NCBI RefSeq assembly: GCF_001194135.2
Contig: NC_068995.1
Coordinates: 5,464,957 to 5,501,626, forward strand
DNA length: 36,670 bases
Direction: 5' to 3'
DNA from: Octopus bimaculoides
Taxonomy: Eukaryota
Shown here in pieces: positions 1 to 12,819 of the stretch. Under the pieces are notes generated by a model. The model worked only from the letters and a program-made list of their open reading frames with translations, searched no databases and had not been told where the DNA came from. Position 1 is the first letter of the stretch, and every line of letters starts with the position of its first letter. Both the position numbers and the translations under genes were made by a program.

Positions 1-655
1 TATATATATATATGTATGTGTATTCATATAATGTTGATGGTTTTTGTTTTATCATTCCGTCATTTGATTGAATTATGTTTCTCGAGACCCATGTTTTTTT
101 GTTTCAAGTGTTATGGTTAGTTCTTGTTTTTATGTGTTTATTTATTTGCTTGTACGTGCGTGTGAGTATGTGTATATGCGTGTGCCTATGCGTGTGTATT
201 TGTGCGTTTATGTGTGTGTAAACTTGTCAGTGCATATACATGCGCCCACACACATATCTAAACATGTATAATACAAACATGTGCAACGATATATATGCGT
301 ATATTGATATACACACACAGACGCAAAGACACAGACACACACACGTATGCACATGCATAGAGATGAAATTCAAATTCGCAGACAAAACCAACTTAATCTA
401 GCTGTTATTGGAATAACCCCTGTCGTCGTTGTCTGAAATAGTAAGTTCCATTCCAGAAGGAAAAGAAAATATGCCACAATTCTTTCCAGAGAATCGTGAT
501 TGAATACAGAAACAAACAAAAATAAACAAACAGAAAAATATAGCAAAAATATTAGTAAATTGATGGAAATTTTATTTCAAATTATAACATATAGATTTTT
601 TTTATGTAGTTTCCTCCAAATACCAAAACAAAATTTTAAATAAATATTAAGAAAA

Positions 656-847
656 TCAATACAAAACAACTACGACAATAAATATAACAATGAGAACAAC
701 AATTACAAAAATAATAACAAGGAGAACAATAAATAATTTTAAACAACTACAATAAGACGCAGCAATGACATCAGCAATAATACAATACACACGGCGACGA
801 TAATAATAAGAACAACAACAACAGCAACAATAATAACAATGATAATG

Positions 848-904
<57 letters not shown>

Positions 905-1215
905 GTAGTAGTAGGAATAGAAATAATAAGAAAAAGAAGAAAGAAAGAAAGAAAGAAAGGGGAAAATAAGAACGGAAAGCTGAAGAACACAAAGAGGCGG
1001 AATAGCAAGGTGAAGAAGGAGTAGGAGGAAAGTTGAAAGAGGAAGAGGAGGAGGGAAAGGAAAGAGTACAAGGAGGAGAAAAGAAGCGGAAGAGCAAGCT
1101 GAAGAAATAGATAATGCGGAGGAGGAAAAGGGTGGAAGAAAATGGGGGTAAAAGAACATGAAGTAGAACAACCACCACTACCACCACCACCACCACAACT
1201 ACAACAACAACAAGA
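656..1215. repeat. Compound trinucleotide/low-complexity tract: (AAC/AAT)n, purine-rich AAG/GAG, (ACC)n
   Basis: Pure (AAT)n at about 848-903. It explains the poly-Y/I/L ORFs. Confidence 0.95.
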
Positions 1216-1940
1216 AAAAGAAATCTTTTTTCACTGGCAAATCTAATACATAGATGAAATATCGTTCAATTGGCCACCGGGGAGTGAAAATATAACAAAA
1301 TGGAAGAAGAAATATTAGAGACAAAAAGAAAACCAAAAAAAAAAAATAATTACAATAAAAAAATAAAACCAAAAAAATGACAATGAGGCAGGAATGAACT
1401 AAGTTTAAAAAATTCACCTTGCGGCATATAATGGTATTTTTTNNNNNNNNNNAGAAGAAATACATTTCAAGACTTATCCTCTGGCTTTATACTGAGTGTT
1501 CCAAAAATATAGCGTCACACCATCACCGTTAACACCAACCACTGACTACTAATGCTGCAACCATCAGAACCATCGCCTCCTTCGCAATATCACCCCCCCA
1601 CGCTCCCATTGTTACCAAAACCGCACCAGTACTATCATCAATACAATGATCTGTAGCTTCACCACGATCACCAACGCCGTCTTCACCACAACAACCAACG
1701 CACCCACAAATATAACTCGCCACCGTCAAGAGCAAAAAATAAAAAAAAATAAAAAATAAATTTCTTTAATACAACAACAAAAACGACAAAGTTCCAATTT
1801 TAGCAAGAAAAACAGTATTAAGACAAAATACACACACACATATATTTACATAAATATATGAATACATATATTTATGTAGATATGAATACCTATATATGTA
1901 TCCATACATACACATATGCATATATATATATATATATATA

Positions 1941-2255
1941 CAGGGTGCGGAAAGTATTTGAGGACATTGTGTCATTGCTGCAGTCTTTTTGCTAACTGTA
2001 TAATCTTTGTTTCAGAAAATGATAATGGCGGACACTCGGTTTACTCAAGAAATGAAGATGCATGCTGTTTTTGTGGTTATAAAGGCTGAGCAGAGTGATT
2101 TAGAAATATCTCGAGTTTTTGAAAGTTGTCAGATCTTCCGTCTCCAAAGTTTGTAAGGAGCTAGAGACTGAAGACGTATCACCAGCATAAAAAGCATTCT
2201 AAAGGCTCTGAAATCATCAGAACACCTGAATTTATCCAGGAAGTTTAACAGATAG
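1941..2255 (+). mobile_element. Tc1/mariner-superfamily transposon 5' fragment (maT/DD37D-like), pseudogenised
   Basis: Begins TA|CAGGGTG after a (TA)n run. From ATG 2025 with frameshifts it gives MADTRFTQEMKMHAVFVVIKAEQSDLEISR / FLKVVRSSVSKVCKELETEDVSPA* / KKHSKGSEIIRTPEFIQEV*, resembling an N-terminal HTH region. No catalytic domain or right end. The subfamily call is from recall. Confidence 0.7.
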
Positions 2256-2417
2256 CAGTTTAGCAGTTTATGTTTTATAATTTCACATTATTGAGCTGTG
2301 GAGTCAGTGTTGCTCATTCAAAATGGTTTTGTGGTGTGTTGTACATCTATATGCATTGATATACCCTTTTACACGCCATTATCGAACCAAGAGTTTAACT
2401 ACGTTCTGTCCATAGCA

Positions 2418-2452
<35 letters not shown>

Positions 2453-2455
<3 letters not shown>

Positions 2456-2609
2456 CTTTAAATAGAGCTCAAAATTGATCCGTTGAAAATACTTTATTGC
2501 AACAACAATAACAATAATAATAACAAATAAATAAACCTATGTACATTTCGATAGAACATCCAGAATAAAGTATTTTCAACGGATCAATTTTGAGCTCTAT
2601 TTAAAGTTG
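2453..2609. mobile_element. Foldback/MITE-like element with 46-bp terminal inverted repeats
   Basis: 2453-2498 and 2564-2609 are reverse complements at 45 of 46 positions, with a 65-nt A-rich spacer and (TA)n flanks. Confidence 0.75.
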
Positions 2610-3072
2610 ATATATATTCAAAAACTCAACTGTGAGTTTTTTGCTAAGATTGTTAACAGATACTATATTTTTTACCAAATATTTTGGTTAAAAAAAAATA
2701 TATTTAATATATATATATATATATAGCTCCAAAATCAAATACATTCTGAGGATAAACACATATGCACAAGCATATAAATATTTATATATATTGATAAATA
2801 AACATATTTTTAAACGGAGTAAAAGAGATAGACAAAACCAAAGGAAGAATGTATAGTTTTAACTCTGCAGCTGTTTCTGGAAATCTGAATTACGTAATAT
2901 TTTAATGTTCATAATAAGCAAAGCAACCAGTAAAATTATGCGAAGAGACTCATTCTAACACCTATACTTCATAGATGAGATGCTGTGCAGTTATTATTTT
3001 ACATCCCAGATGTAGAAAAATTGTAGATGATCTTTGCACAGCATTCTACAAGGTTTTCACCCGAATCTCAAT

Positions 3073-3073
<1 letters not shown>

Positions 3074-3156
<83 letters not shown>

Positions 3157-3161
3157 CACAA

Positions 3162-3192
<31 letters not shown>

Positions 3193-3245
3193 TACATATA
3201 CCCCCCTCTCTCGCTCTCTCTCTCTCTCACAGACACACACATATA
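3074..3245. repeat. (CA)n-(TA)n-(CA)n-(CT)n microsatellite
   Basis: Direct reading. Confidence 0.95.
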
Positions 3246-3571
3246 TAAGCACGCACACGAATCCACGCATTTAAACACGCCTTAACTGCGTATGTATCAC
3301 TGCACGACGTTGCCATTTAGTAAACATGCGTCCACATACGCCTGCATACCTTTGTGTGTGTTTGTGTGCATGTGAGTGAATGTGTGTGGATGTGAAAGTG
3401 TATGCTTATGTGTTTGGACTGCCTTGCTAATTGGTGTGTTAATTGGAAGGAAATGCTCTTAAGACATAGTCGTTGGTGTCTAGTTAGCAAAATAATTCTA
3501 ATTATTTAATACAATTAATCCTCGAATCACAGAAATTCCAAACGGGAACGGTTTTCCGTGCCAAAAGTGCT

Positions 3572-3581
3572 CGCGCGCGCG

Positions 3582-3623
<42 letters not shown>
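3572..3623. repeat. (CG)n(CA)n alternating purine-pyrimidine tract
   Basis: cgcgcgcgcgcacgcacacaca...; Z-DNA-prone composition. Confidence 0.9.
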
Positions 3624-3627
<4 letters not shown>

Positions 3628-3863
3628 TTCATATTGTGGATGTACATCTCCATATATGAAGGTACAAGTGTGTTTGTGTATGTTTGTGTTTATATTATAA
3701 GGTGGTCCTTAATTTCCCATCTTGTTGCTTTCATTGATAAACGTGCGTTGTTTTTTTTTTCTTGAAGTATTTCCCAATAATGAGCATCTTTAATGAGGCG
3801 TTTATAAACAAAAAAACATCTCTCCTACTTTGCTGATTCCAGTGAAGTTCGTGTATTCACACG

Positions 3864-3864
<1 letters not shown>

Positions 3865-3900
<36 letters not shown>
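3865..3900. repeat. (CAT)n
   Basis: Direct reading. Confidence 0.95.
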
Positions 3901-4104
3901 TAACGTCATCTTTAATGTTGCTATTATTTGAAATTTTATTCCTGCTTATATTATTTCTATTAGTTTAATTAATGTTGATTTTGTTGCTCTTGTTAATGTT
4001 GTAATTGCTTCGGTGGTTGTTTTAAATACCAAGTAGACAGTGGAGTGGAAGAAATGCTGTTGGTGAATGTGTTCCGCAGGAAATTACCTTGAAAGATTTT
4101 AATT

Positions 4105-4175
4105 GCCTATATTTAACGTCCTGATTTCAAATCTCACCGGTCTCAACGAATGTCTTTTTGTCTTTGGGAATTTGC
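4105..4175 (+). mobile_element. SINE family A-like ancient fragment
   Basis: tttaacgtcctgatttcaaatctcaccggtctcaac resembles the B-box region of family A. Confidence 0.35.
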
Positions 4176-5360
4176 CTGATTTGCTGTTTACTTCTTTCCT
4201 TCAATTCTTAAAATGCGTTTCCTCCTTACCATTCAATCGACTATTTTGTTTTGTATAAAGAGATGTACGAGAACCACCTGTCTACACATGAAGATGAAGA
4301 ATTTCAATCATTATCCTTGTCCACAGCCAGCTCAGAGTTTTTTTTTCTTTTATCCTTTTGCATAACTCGGACATATGAACCAGTGCGTGTGTCTAACTTC
4401 ACAACTGAGCGTGATTTTATTCTTCTTTTACAGATTTCAGCTTCAATATTATCATAGTTAAACGATAACGATTTTGCACAGAACTTTTTCTTCAAGTCGA
4501 TCGTATTTTCTTTAAATATTAAAAGCCATCTTAAATTAGTATGTCCCGAAAGTATTTTGACACGTTCCAGTAGTAACCTGACACCGTTTTGATCTCCTGA
4601 CAGTGTTCATATCCTGTATTTCAATATTGGTTCCCATGTTATTTCTATGGTATTTTACAAGATTCTACTGTTTGTTTAGATTCCGTTTACTTGCAAATAA
4701 AATATTTACAAGGAATATCTAAATGTTTATGTTTATAGCATTTATTATTTGAAACTGTGGTTCTGTCTAAAGTATCAAGCGCGTGTGAGTGTGTTTGTGT
4801 GTTAGGGTAGTGTTTGTTGGTGAATGCCGGCGCACTTTAGTAGAAGAATAGTTAGAAGTGTCACTTTGCAACTCTTAGTTTCCAGATTCGGTCTCACAAT
4901 CTAAGATATTGAATAAATGCATTTGTACAATAGTGTATGAGAAACTTTCTAACTTATATTGAGACAACGTAAACGATACTGAAGCTCTTCAAAATGACTG
5001 CAGATGTTGCATTGTCCATGAGGAATACACTAAACGTACAGAGGTCTAGTATATAACTGAATTAGCTAACCACTTAACAGAGTAAACTACGTTCAAATTT
5101 CGTTGAGATCAACTTTGTTTATACATGTAAGATTACCTACTCATTTACATAACACACATTGATTATCGATTACACACATCCTAGCCTAGTTGTTGAGTAT
5201 CTAAAAGAAAAATCTCAAGAAAGACATAAGTTGTAATACATGTATAGGGACTGTGTTGCTGCTCCATACGCAATTATTTTATATTACATCCAACTTATTA
5301 CCATTATTTCACATAACAATTCGTTAAAACTACTGGTTCTTAGACATGACCCAAACTCAC

Positions 5361-5384
5361 CTTGCTGCCTCTTCTCATTGCAGA
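5361..5384 (-). CDS. Candidate 24-nt micro-exon
   Basis: gatattctctgtag|TCTGCAATGAGAAGAGGCAGCAAG|gtgagt. The donor is strong, the acceptor moderate, and the exon is open in phase 0 and phase 1. Confidence 0.2.
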
Positions 5385-5922
5385 CTACAGAGAATATCAG
5401 CCTCCTTTATATTTATGTAAAAGGCCACCACCATTCAAATCAAGTTCAATGACTTACCGAAAACAGAAATTTATTTTTTAAAGAGAAGTAAAATGGCGCA
5501 TGTGTGACACTGAGTTCTTCAACACATCTTCCGATGAAAACAGCCTTTCACGGCGAGTAATGCGAGATGTTTGATGATACTGTGATAATTTTAAACATCT
5601 TGACAATATTTTCGCGTTAACAAGTCAAGTCAATGTCTTTACGGTTGAAATTCTAAATTTGCTAAATGCGCGCCTTCTAGATACTTATAAATCAGTCTGC
5701 GTTTTCTCTGCCCTTTAACTCCAAAATGAAAACTAACCTGAATGCCAGCACTAATGCATTTCCCAGGCTAACAGCACATTTAACCCTTGGGTGGTTTTGT
5801 TTTAGTAAATTCCTTGAGAAATATTCCAGCCAATGTCCATTTTTATCACTGTCAAGGGTGTTTGCTTTGCAAAGATTGAGTTGTAGAAGTTCAGGAAGGC
5901 CATCGACTGTATTGATGTAAAT

Positions 5923-6223
5923 CAGCTGTTCTCAACCAATTTTCTTTTTTACTTATGGAAACTCTTTGATTACAATTTTTCTCTGGTGGACACTCATGGC
6001 TTCTCGATGTATAAAGGATATAGTTTTCTCGATACTACAGTGAAAATTCCCATTTTGTTTTTCAAGCATTAACTTGTGCATGTTGAACGTTAGCAAAAGA
6101 AATCTGGCTGGTTCTTCCGATAAATACATCTAAAACAAATTTTTTTTTCATGAAACCTTAATATACTGTTTGGATTGTCTGGACCCCAAAAAATCTAATA
6201 TGGACACCGGTTGAAAAGCACTG
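5923..6223. mobile_element. Old non-autonomous hAT-like element (MITE)
   Basis: Ends cagctgttctcaacc / ggttgaaaagcactg (11 of 15 complementary) match the CAG...CTCAACC hAT-type terminus. Subterminal ggaccc/ggacac words are present. The 8-bp flanks match at only 4 of 8. Confidence 0.55.
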
Positions 6224-6451
6224 ATCTCAGCAGACGGTAAAGAAGGGGCTACGTATGTGGCTGATGAACTCTGTCCCTTATATGTTGGAAAGCTTAAAAC
6301 CTACGTAAAAAAAAAAAGAAACAATCTTCCTGTGAACAGTTTGAAATCAGAACTGCTAGTTTTATGCTTATATTACAGGTTACGTTCTATGGTTGCGGGA
6401 AGGCACACCACCCAACATTAAATATATCATGCATGGATAAGAGAAACCAGT

Positions 6452-6481
6452 GGTGTGTGTGTGTGTGTGTGTGTGTGTGTT

Positions 6482-6521
<40 letters not shown>

Positions 6522-6535
6522 TGTGTATGTGTGTG
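6452..6535. repeat. (GT)n
   Basis: Direct reading. Confidence 0.95.
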
Positions 6536-7384
6536 TTTCTAAAGTGTTTCCACTATAATAAAATATTAACAGTTTGAAGAATTTGAAACAAAAATACCTT
6601 AATCACACTATAAATCGACAAGAAAATGTTTTAATATTTCAAATGTATATGTATATACATAGCATACACACACATACATACATACATACATAATGTACAT
6701 ACTATATATATGTCTACATATGCAAACATTCATTTATGTATCTGTGAATGAATACATCTGTATATACTGTACGGCAAACGAAACATATGCACGAATGAAC
6801 GCATATACATACATACACACACATATAACTATATATATATATATATATAACTATATATATATATATATATATATATGCACTCTTATATTCAATAACATCT
6901 TCTGTGAGAGATCGAAGTTATTCTAGCTTGAAATGGAAATCTTGGAATGGAACAGTTGAGAAAGCAAATGAGTATTCAATTACACACATTTACACACACT
7001 GATCTACAAAGATTCTCGCACATACCCTGATACGCATACACCCACGTACAGACACATACACACATTGATGTACACACACATACATTCAGAAGCATATTCA
7101 GTGGTCTCTACACAAACGCACACACTGGCCTACCCAGCCTTACGCATTTGCACAGACGCATACACGCGCAAGCACACTTATCTACACCCACTCCAGCATA
7201 TACATTGGTATGTACACACCAGAATACAAGTACACAGACATTCACACATACTCAGATACAGTGAGCTACGCCTCCTCCTCACATATACAGTCATCTGTGC
7301 GCACACAAGCTCTCGCTCTCTCTCTCACACGTATATACCTATATAGAAAGATGCTCCCTTATTAAAAAATATTCTTTTTTTAAT

Positions 7385-7576
7385 CTAGGCACAAGGCCCG
7401 AAATTTTGGGGGAGGGGCCAGTCGATTAGAAAGACCCAGTACGCAACTGGTACTTAGTTTATCGAGCTCGAAAGGATGAAAGGCAAAGTCGACCTCGGCG
7501 GAATTTGAACTCAGAGCGTAGCGACGAGCGAAATACAGCTAAGCATTTCACCCGGCGTGCTGCCAGCTCGCCGCCT
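7385..7576 (-). mobile_element. tRNA-derived SINE, family A, near full length
   Basis: Matches the other copies in the window (ggcacaaggcc...gaaaggatgaaaggcaaagtcgacctcggcggaatttgaactcag...ccagctcgccgcc). A B-box-like GAGTTCAAATTCC lies on the minus strand. Confidence 0.9.
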
Positions 7577-7714
7577 GAGACCCACATTTATATACATAAT
7601 CACATGGTCATATATTAATCACGTGAACCAGCATACCCGTATAACTTTTGAAGAGACACACCTCACAAATGTATATACAGAAAAATCTTCATGAACCAGT
7701 GTGGGAATCCCTAT

Positions 7715-7880
7715 GTGGCTTTTCGTTCTACAAGAAATTGTAGTCAATACTCCTTCATATCACATCATACCATCTTAGGATGCAAGACATGATGGATAGT
7801 ACGGTCCTGGGCTTCCTGCATATGACAAAAGATGGGATGGGCACGGTTGGAAAGCTATCTATGACTAAACAGTAATAGAT
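7715..7880 (+). repeat. Dispersed repeat family C (probably SINE-like), degenerate
   Basis: Shares agaaat(a/t)g, gatgggatgg(t/g)ca and spacing with the copies at about 10.9, 21.4 and 29.1 kb. Orientation is arbitrary. Confidence 0.55.
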
Positions 7881-8069
7881 CAATAATGTTGGATTGGATT
7901 GGATTGCCCATGTTCAGTACTCTGCAGTAACGAGGACCTGAGCGTGCTTTCGCTGAGTCTGATGTGGAAACTGAACTTCAGCTTCAGATCATACTGGTCT
8001 GATGAACCTATTCTGCCATATTGGCTCGACATAGCATGGCAGAGGATTGAATTTTTTTTATACTCAGAC

Positions 8070-8288
8070 CCTGAAGTAGTTAACTCGATTACCTCGACCC
8101 CAATACTTAACGGGCACTTTTTTTATCGACCCCGAAATGATGAAAGTGAAAGACTGATTTTGAACTCAGAACGTAACGGCAGACGAAATACCGCTAAGCA
8201 TTTCGCCCGGCGTGCTAACGATTCTGCCAGGCGAAATACCGCTAAGCATTTTGTATGACCTGCTAACGGTTCTACCAGCTCACCGCCT
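8070..8288 (-). mobile_element. SINE family A with duplicated head segment
   Basis: Family A body plus two 48-nt head units starting at 8184 and 8232. Confidence 0.85.
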
Positions 8289-8311
8289 ATACAGATATTG
8301 GTTTAAAATTT

Positions 8312-8425
8312 TAGCACAAGACCAGCAATTTAAAGAGGTTTAGGTTTGGATTAACACCAGTTGAACACTGGTACGTATTTTATCGAGACCGAAAGCGATG
8401 AAAAACGAAGTCGACCTCGGCGGAA
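8312..8425 (-). mobile_element. SINE family A, 5'-truncated
   Basis: gcacaagacc...actggtacgtattttatcgagaccgaaag...gtcgacctcggcgga. Confidence 0.8.
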
Positions 8426-8440
8426 TAATAAAAAAGAATA

Positions 8441-8675
8441 ATAATAATAATAATCCTTTCTACTAAAGGAACAAGGCCTGAAATTTTGGGGGAAGTGTCT
8501 AGTAGATTAAATCGACCCCTCCCCAGTGTTTCACTGGTACTTAATTTTGTTTACCTCGAAAGGTTGAATGGCAAAGTCGATCTTGGCGGAATTTGAACTC
8601 GGAATGTAAGGACGGATGAAATATACCACAAAGCATTTTGCCTGACCTGCTAACGGTTCTGCTAGCTCAACGCCT
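8441..8675 (-). mobile_element. SINE family A, full length with (AAT)n tail
   Basis: (aat)n cctttctactaaaggaacaaggcctgaaattttggggg ... gctagctcaacgcct. Confidence 0.9.
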
Positions 8676-9241
8676 TTACAAATATTAGAAAGGGAAATTT
8701 CTCCTCTCGAGTTGTTATCCCTTTTTCCAACAATTAAAACTTAACCTATATTTATTCCTTTTAAAATGGAATGGTAATTAGATGTTACATTACTTAACGG
8801 ATAAACCACTTAATCCATTTAAACTGGTTTAAGATGTGCTATATCGATCAATTTGCTCTTCATATTTCAATCATCTCCAGACGCCTTCAGTAGTAATCAT
8901 TGGTGTTGGTCAGCTAGATTCAGAGTGGGGTATAATATAATGAACACATCGGTTTTAGAACACAAAGTTACTGTCACAGATAGACGGACGCCATTTTGAC
9001 ACACGATCGGAATGATACAGCGAAAATTGATTTGATTTTATGAGTATGAGACAAAAATCATTAATCATTAATCACATTAGTAACATTGGAAGGAATGGGA
9101 GGTGGAAAGTGGAAGTTTAAAGATTCGGACAAAGTGGCTTTGACAAAGTAGTCTCGAAATATAATAATGATCGTCGCAAGTGAAAATCAAGCGAATAGGT
9201 TAAAGTTGGAGATAGGAAGTCTGTGTGGCTGCACACGTTTA

Positions 9242-9287
<46 letters not shown>

Positions 9288-10750
9288 TGGATGCATGTAC
9301 ATATATCTTTTCCTTTATCGGTTACATTCTCTACCTTTCTCTTTGATCTTACCATTCATTTCTCTGTCTCCGGCTTTCCTTCTCTCTCTATTTACCTCTC
9401 CATCGATTCACTTCTATTTACCTCTGTATCAACTTACCTCTATCTATCTATCTATTTTCCTCTGACCTCTCCCATTGACTATCAGTTCCCGTCTCACATT
9501 TTTTATTCAATTTCCTCCCTNNNNNNNNNNNNNNNNNNNNNNNNNNNNNNNNNNNNNNNNNNNNNNNNNNNNNNNNNNNNNNNNNNNNNNNNNNNNNNNN
9601 NNNNNNNNNNNNNNNNNNNNNNNNNNNNNNNNNNNNNNNNNNNNNNNNNNNNNNNNNNNNNNNNNNNNNNNNNNNNNNNNNNNNNNNNNNNNNNNNNNNN
9701 NNNNNNNNNNNNNCCTTCCTTCCTTCCTTCCTTCCTTCCTTCCTTCCTTCCTTCCTCACCAATTCTGTTAATTTCCTTCCATTTTACAAACAAAATTTTC
9801 TCCAAATAACAGAGTACTTTTTCTGGTTCTAGATTTTATATATGTGTGTGTGTGCCTGTGTACGCTCATGCACACATACATTACATATCTACATACACAC
9901 AGTCACAGGATATAAGATTAATTACTAAAAGGAACTCTACTCGAAAAGTACTCAATATATGTCATAACCTAGAGTTTTTAATGAATATATTTTTATGTTT
10001 ATCTGAAAACTGCTCCCAAGTTAGTAATCAAATACATAAAACACACATAGATATGTGTGTGCATGTGAATGTATACGTGCTTGTGTATAATCTGTGTAGT
10101 GTGTTTGTCTGTGTATGTTTATATACATGTATATACATACACACATGCATATATATATATATATATATANNNNNNNNNNNNNNNNNNNNNNNNNNNNNNN
10201 NNNNNNNNNNNNNNNNNNNNNNNNNNNNNNNNNNNNNNNNNNNNNNNNNNNNNNNNNNNNNNNNNNNNNNNNNNNNNNNNNNNNNNNNNNNNNNNNNNNN
10301 NNNNNNNNNNNNNNNNNNNNNNNNNNNNNNNNNNNNNNNNNNNNNNNNNNNNNNNNNNNNNNNNNNNNNNNNNNNNNNNNNNNNNNNNNNNNNNNNNNNN
10401 NNNNNNNNNNNNNNNNNNNNNNNNNNNNNNNNNNNNNNNNNNNNNNNNNNNNNNNNNNNNNNNNNNNNNNNNNNNNNNNNNNNNNNNNNNNNNNNNNNNN
10501 NNNNNNNNNNNNNNNNNNNNNNNNNNNNNNNNNNNNNNNNNNNNNNNNNNNNNNNNNNNNNNNNNNNNNNNNNNNNNNNNNNNNNNNNNNNNNNNNNNNN
10601 NNNNNNNNNNNNNNNNNNNNNNNNNNNNNNNNNNNNNNNNNNNNNNNATATATATATTTCACAGTAGTTGTTTTTCAACTACTCCCTTCACTGTGTTTGT
10701 GTCTATGCATATAAGTGTCTGTGTGCATGTATATATATATGTATATATAA

Positions 10751-10797
<47 letters not shown>

Positions 10798-10894
10798 TCA
10801 TAGTAAGTGGTTACCAATCGTCGTTCTCCTGCTGAGTTGAGTAGCAGTATGTGTATTTTATTTTATCTTGTTTAGTAAAACTCTGCCACAAGTT

Positions 10895-11065
10895 ATAGTT
10901 TTGTTGTTTAAAGTTAAATTCTCTTGATTAGAGCAGATTGTGATAAAAAAAATTCCAGGTATGACCATCCCGTCGTTTTCTTATAACCGCATTAGACGGC
11001 AAGTTTTGACGTATGAGAAATTTTGTTGCTATTTCTATAAGGTCAAGCGACCACTTGAAGACTCA
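10895..11065 (-). repeat. Dispersed repeat family C
   Basis: Reverse complement reads gtggtcgcttgaccttatagaaatagcaac...gacgggatggtcatacctggaa. Confidence 0.55.
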
Positions 11066-12783
11066 TTCATTGGTGCGTCCTTCGTTTTATAAAACCTGGG
11101 CTGTGAGTTGGCTGGTATGTCTACCAAGTCAACCAATTACACAAAGATTCTTCAGTCTGCAAACTGTTGTCGTTGGTGCTGTGGTTTAACTCCAGGTCAT
11201 CTTTTATTCATCCATCCTGTCATTGAAAGTATTCCACGTATGACATTCCCATCTATTTCAGGTTTGGGATTACATTTTCCAAAGTATATTTCTATATGTT
11301 CAGATGTAATTTATTATTTGAGGGAGATTAGACTGCTATTTTTAGCAGGTGGGACATCCATACAAAGTCTCCCTCGTTAGACCGGTGGAACCGAACAATA
11401 TGCGAGGTACAATTGATCATCACCCGACTTAACATATTTATTTAGAATGGGCGCACACATTTTAGAAGTTACAGGGTACAGAGAGGTTTATTCTGTGACA
11501 GCGTACTCTTGCATATGCAGAAAATAAGAAATAAAATAATAAAAAAATCGATTTATTGATAGAACTAGATTTACCAATTCTACACCACTAAATTCCTCCG
11601 ATTTTCCCTCTGCCGAAGAAATTGCTTCTTGATTCAAATAACTGATATAACGACATTTTATCTATGCAGGAATTATATAATTTCTTTCTCTGTAGAAACA
11701 TTCCTGTTTTTTTTTTTTTTGGAAGGAAGGGTTCTATATATATTTTTTGCATAGTCATAACGGAATTACATTCTTCTGTTGATAAAAAAACCCCCCAGCA
11801 AAACAAAAACATGCATAGTCAGCATTTCTGTATATTGGTGCATACCTATCTATGTGCGTGTATATACACACACTCACGTACACGTTATCAAGTAAAATAT
11901 TCTAACATGACATGAAAAATATTTTTTTTGAAATAAAACAGAAAGAAAAAAAAGCTTAAATACTAGGATATACTAAAATGCAATTATATCTTGAATTGCA
12001 ATTTTATTTTTATGGATTCAACGTTGCAATGCGCATATTTGACCCACCTCCTTAACACACACAAAAAATATTTATAACAGTCTTTAAACTTACAAAACGC
12101 ACCATCATTCTTATAACAATATCCATACTATTTTCTACAGCCTTGGTCTTCAAATGTCTGCTGTTTCAATATCGATATGAAATCAATTCAAATCTATTTG
12201 CTGTACTCGCGATGGTTCATTTTGATGTTTTATTTGCTATTCTGAATCTTTATCATCACCTAAGTATATTCTACCAATCGTAGCCATATTATCCCTCACA
12301 TAATTCACATACTTCTCAGTTATTCACTTCCTGTTGTTGCGTTTTTGGCAATCTGTTTTCTTTTTCTACCCAGTGTCCCAATGACTTTTCTTCTAACCAT
12401 TAGCCAAACTATAACAACTTTTTACCCATTATGCTCAGTACAGATCTGAAGCCGATCGAATTAATGTGACGGGTTGGAAAATATCCTGTTGTGTCTTTGA
12501 GTAAACGAAACAAAGAACGCGGTGGCCCAGATTGCTTGGATATATGTAGAATTCTTATCACATAATGTTTTAGAAGACTTGTTTTGTTAATGGAGTCAAT
12601 GATTATATTTTAATCATAAATTATAATAAATTATATAAAAGACGTGAGCAGACCAATGGAGTTGTGTGTGTGTGTGTGTATTTGTGCGCGCGTATGTATG
12701 ACTGTATGTATAGAATCCTATTTCGATTTTGATTGTCATACTTTACGAATGTTATACACACCCATCCATCAATACGAAACTAA

Positions 12784-12819
<36 letters not shown>

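Noticed and set aside
4304-4606. 100-codon stop-free minus frame (TLSGDQNGVRLLLERVK...KDND)
   Set aside because: No strong acceptor or recognisable domain. A few open frames this long are expected by chance across six frames. A tblastn hit would revive it.
6263-6300. CTGATGA...GAAAGCTT hammerhead-like words on plus
   Set aside because: No helix II closing pair and no helix I.
5490-8997. Two YY1-type motifs (AAAATGGCG at 5490, CGCCATTTT at 8989)
   Set aside because: These 9-mers have no promoter context, so this is insufficient without chromatin data.
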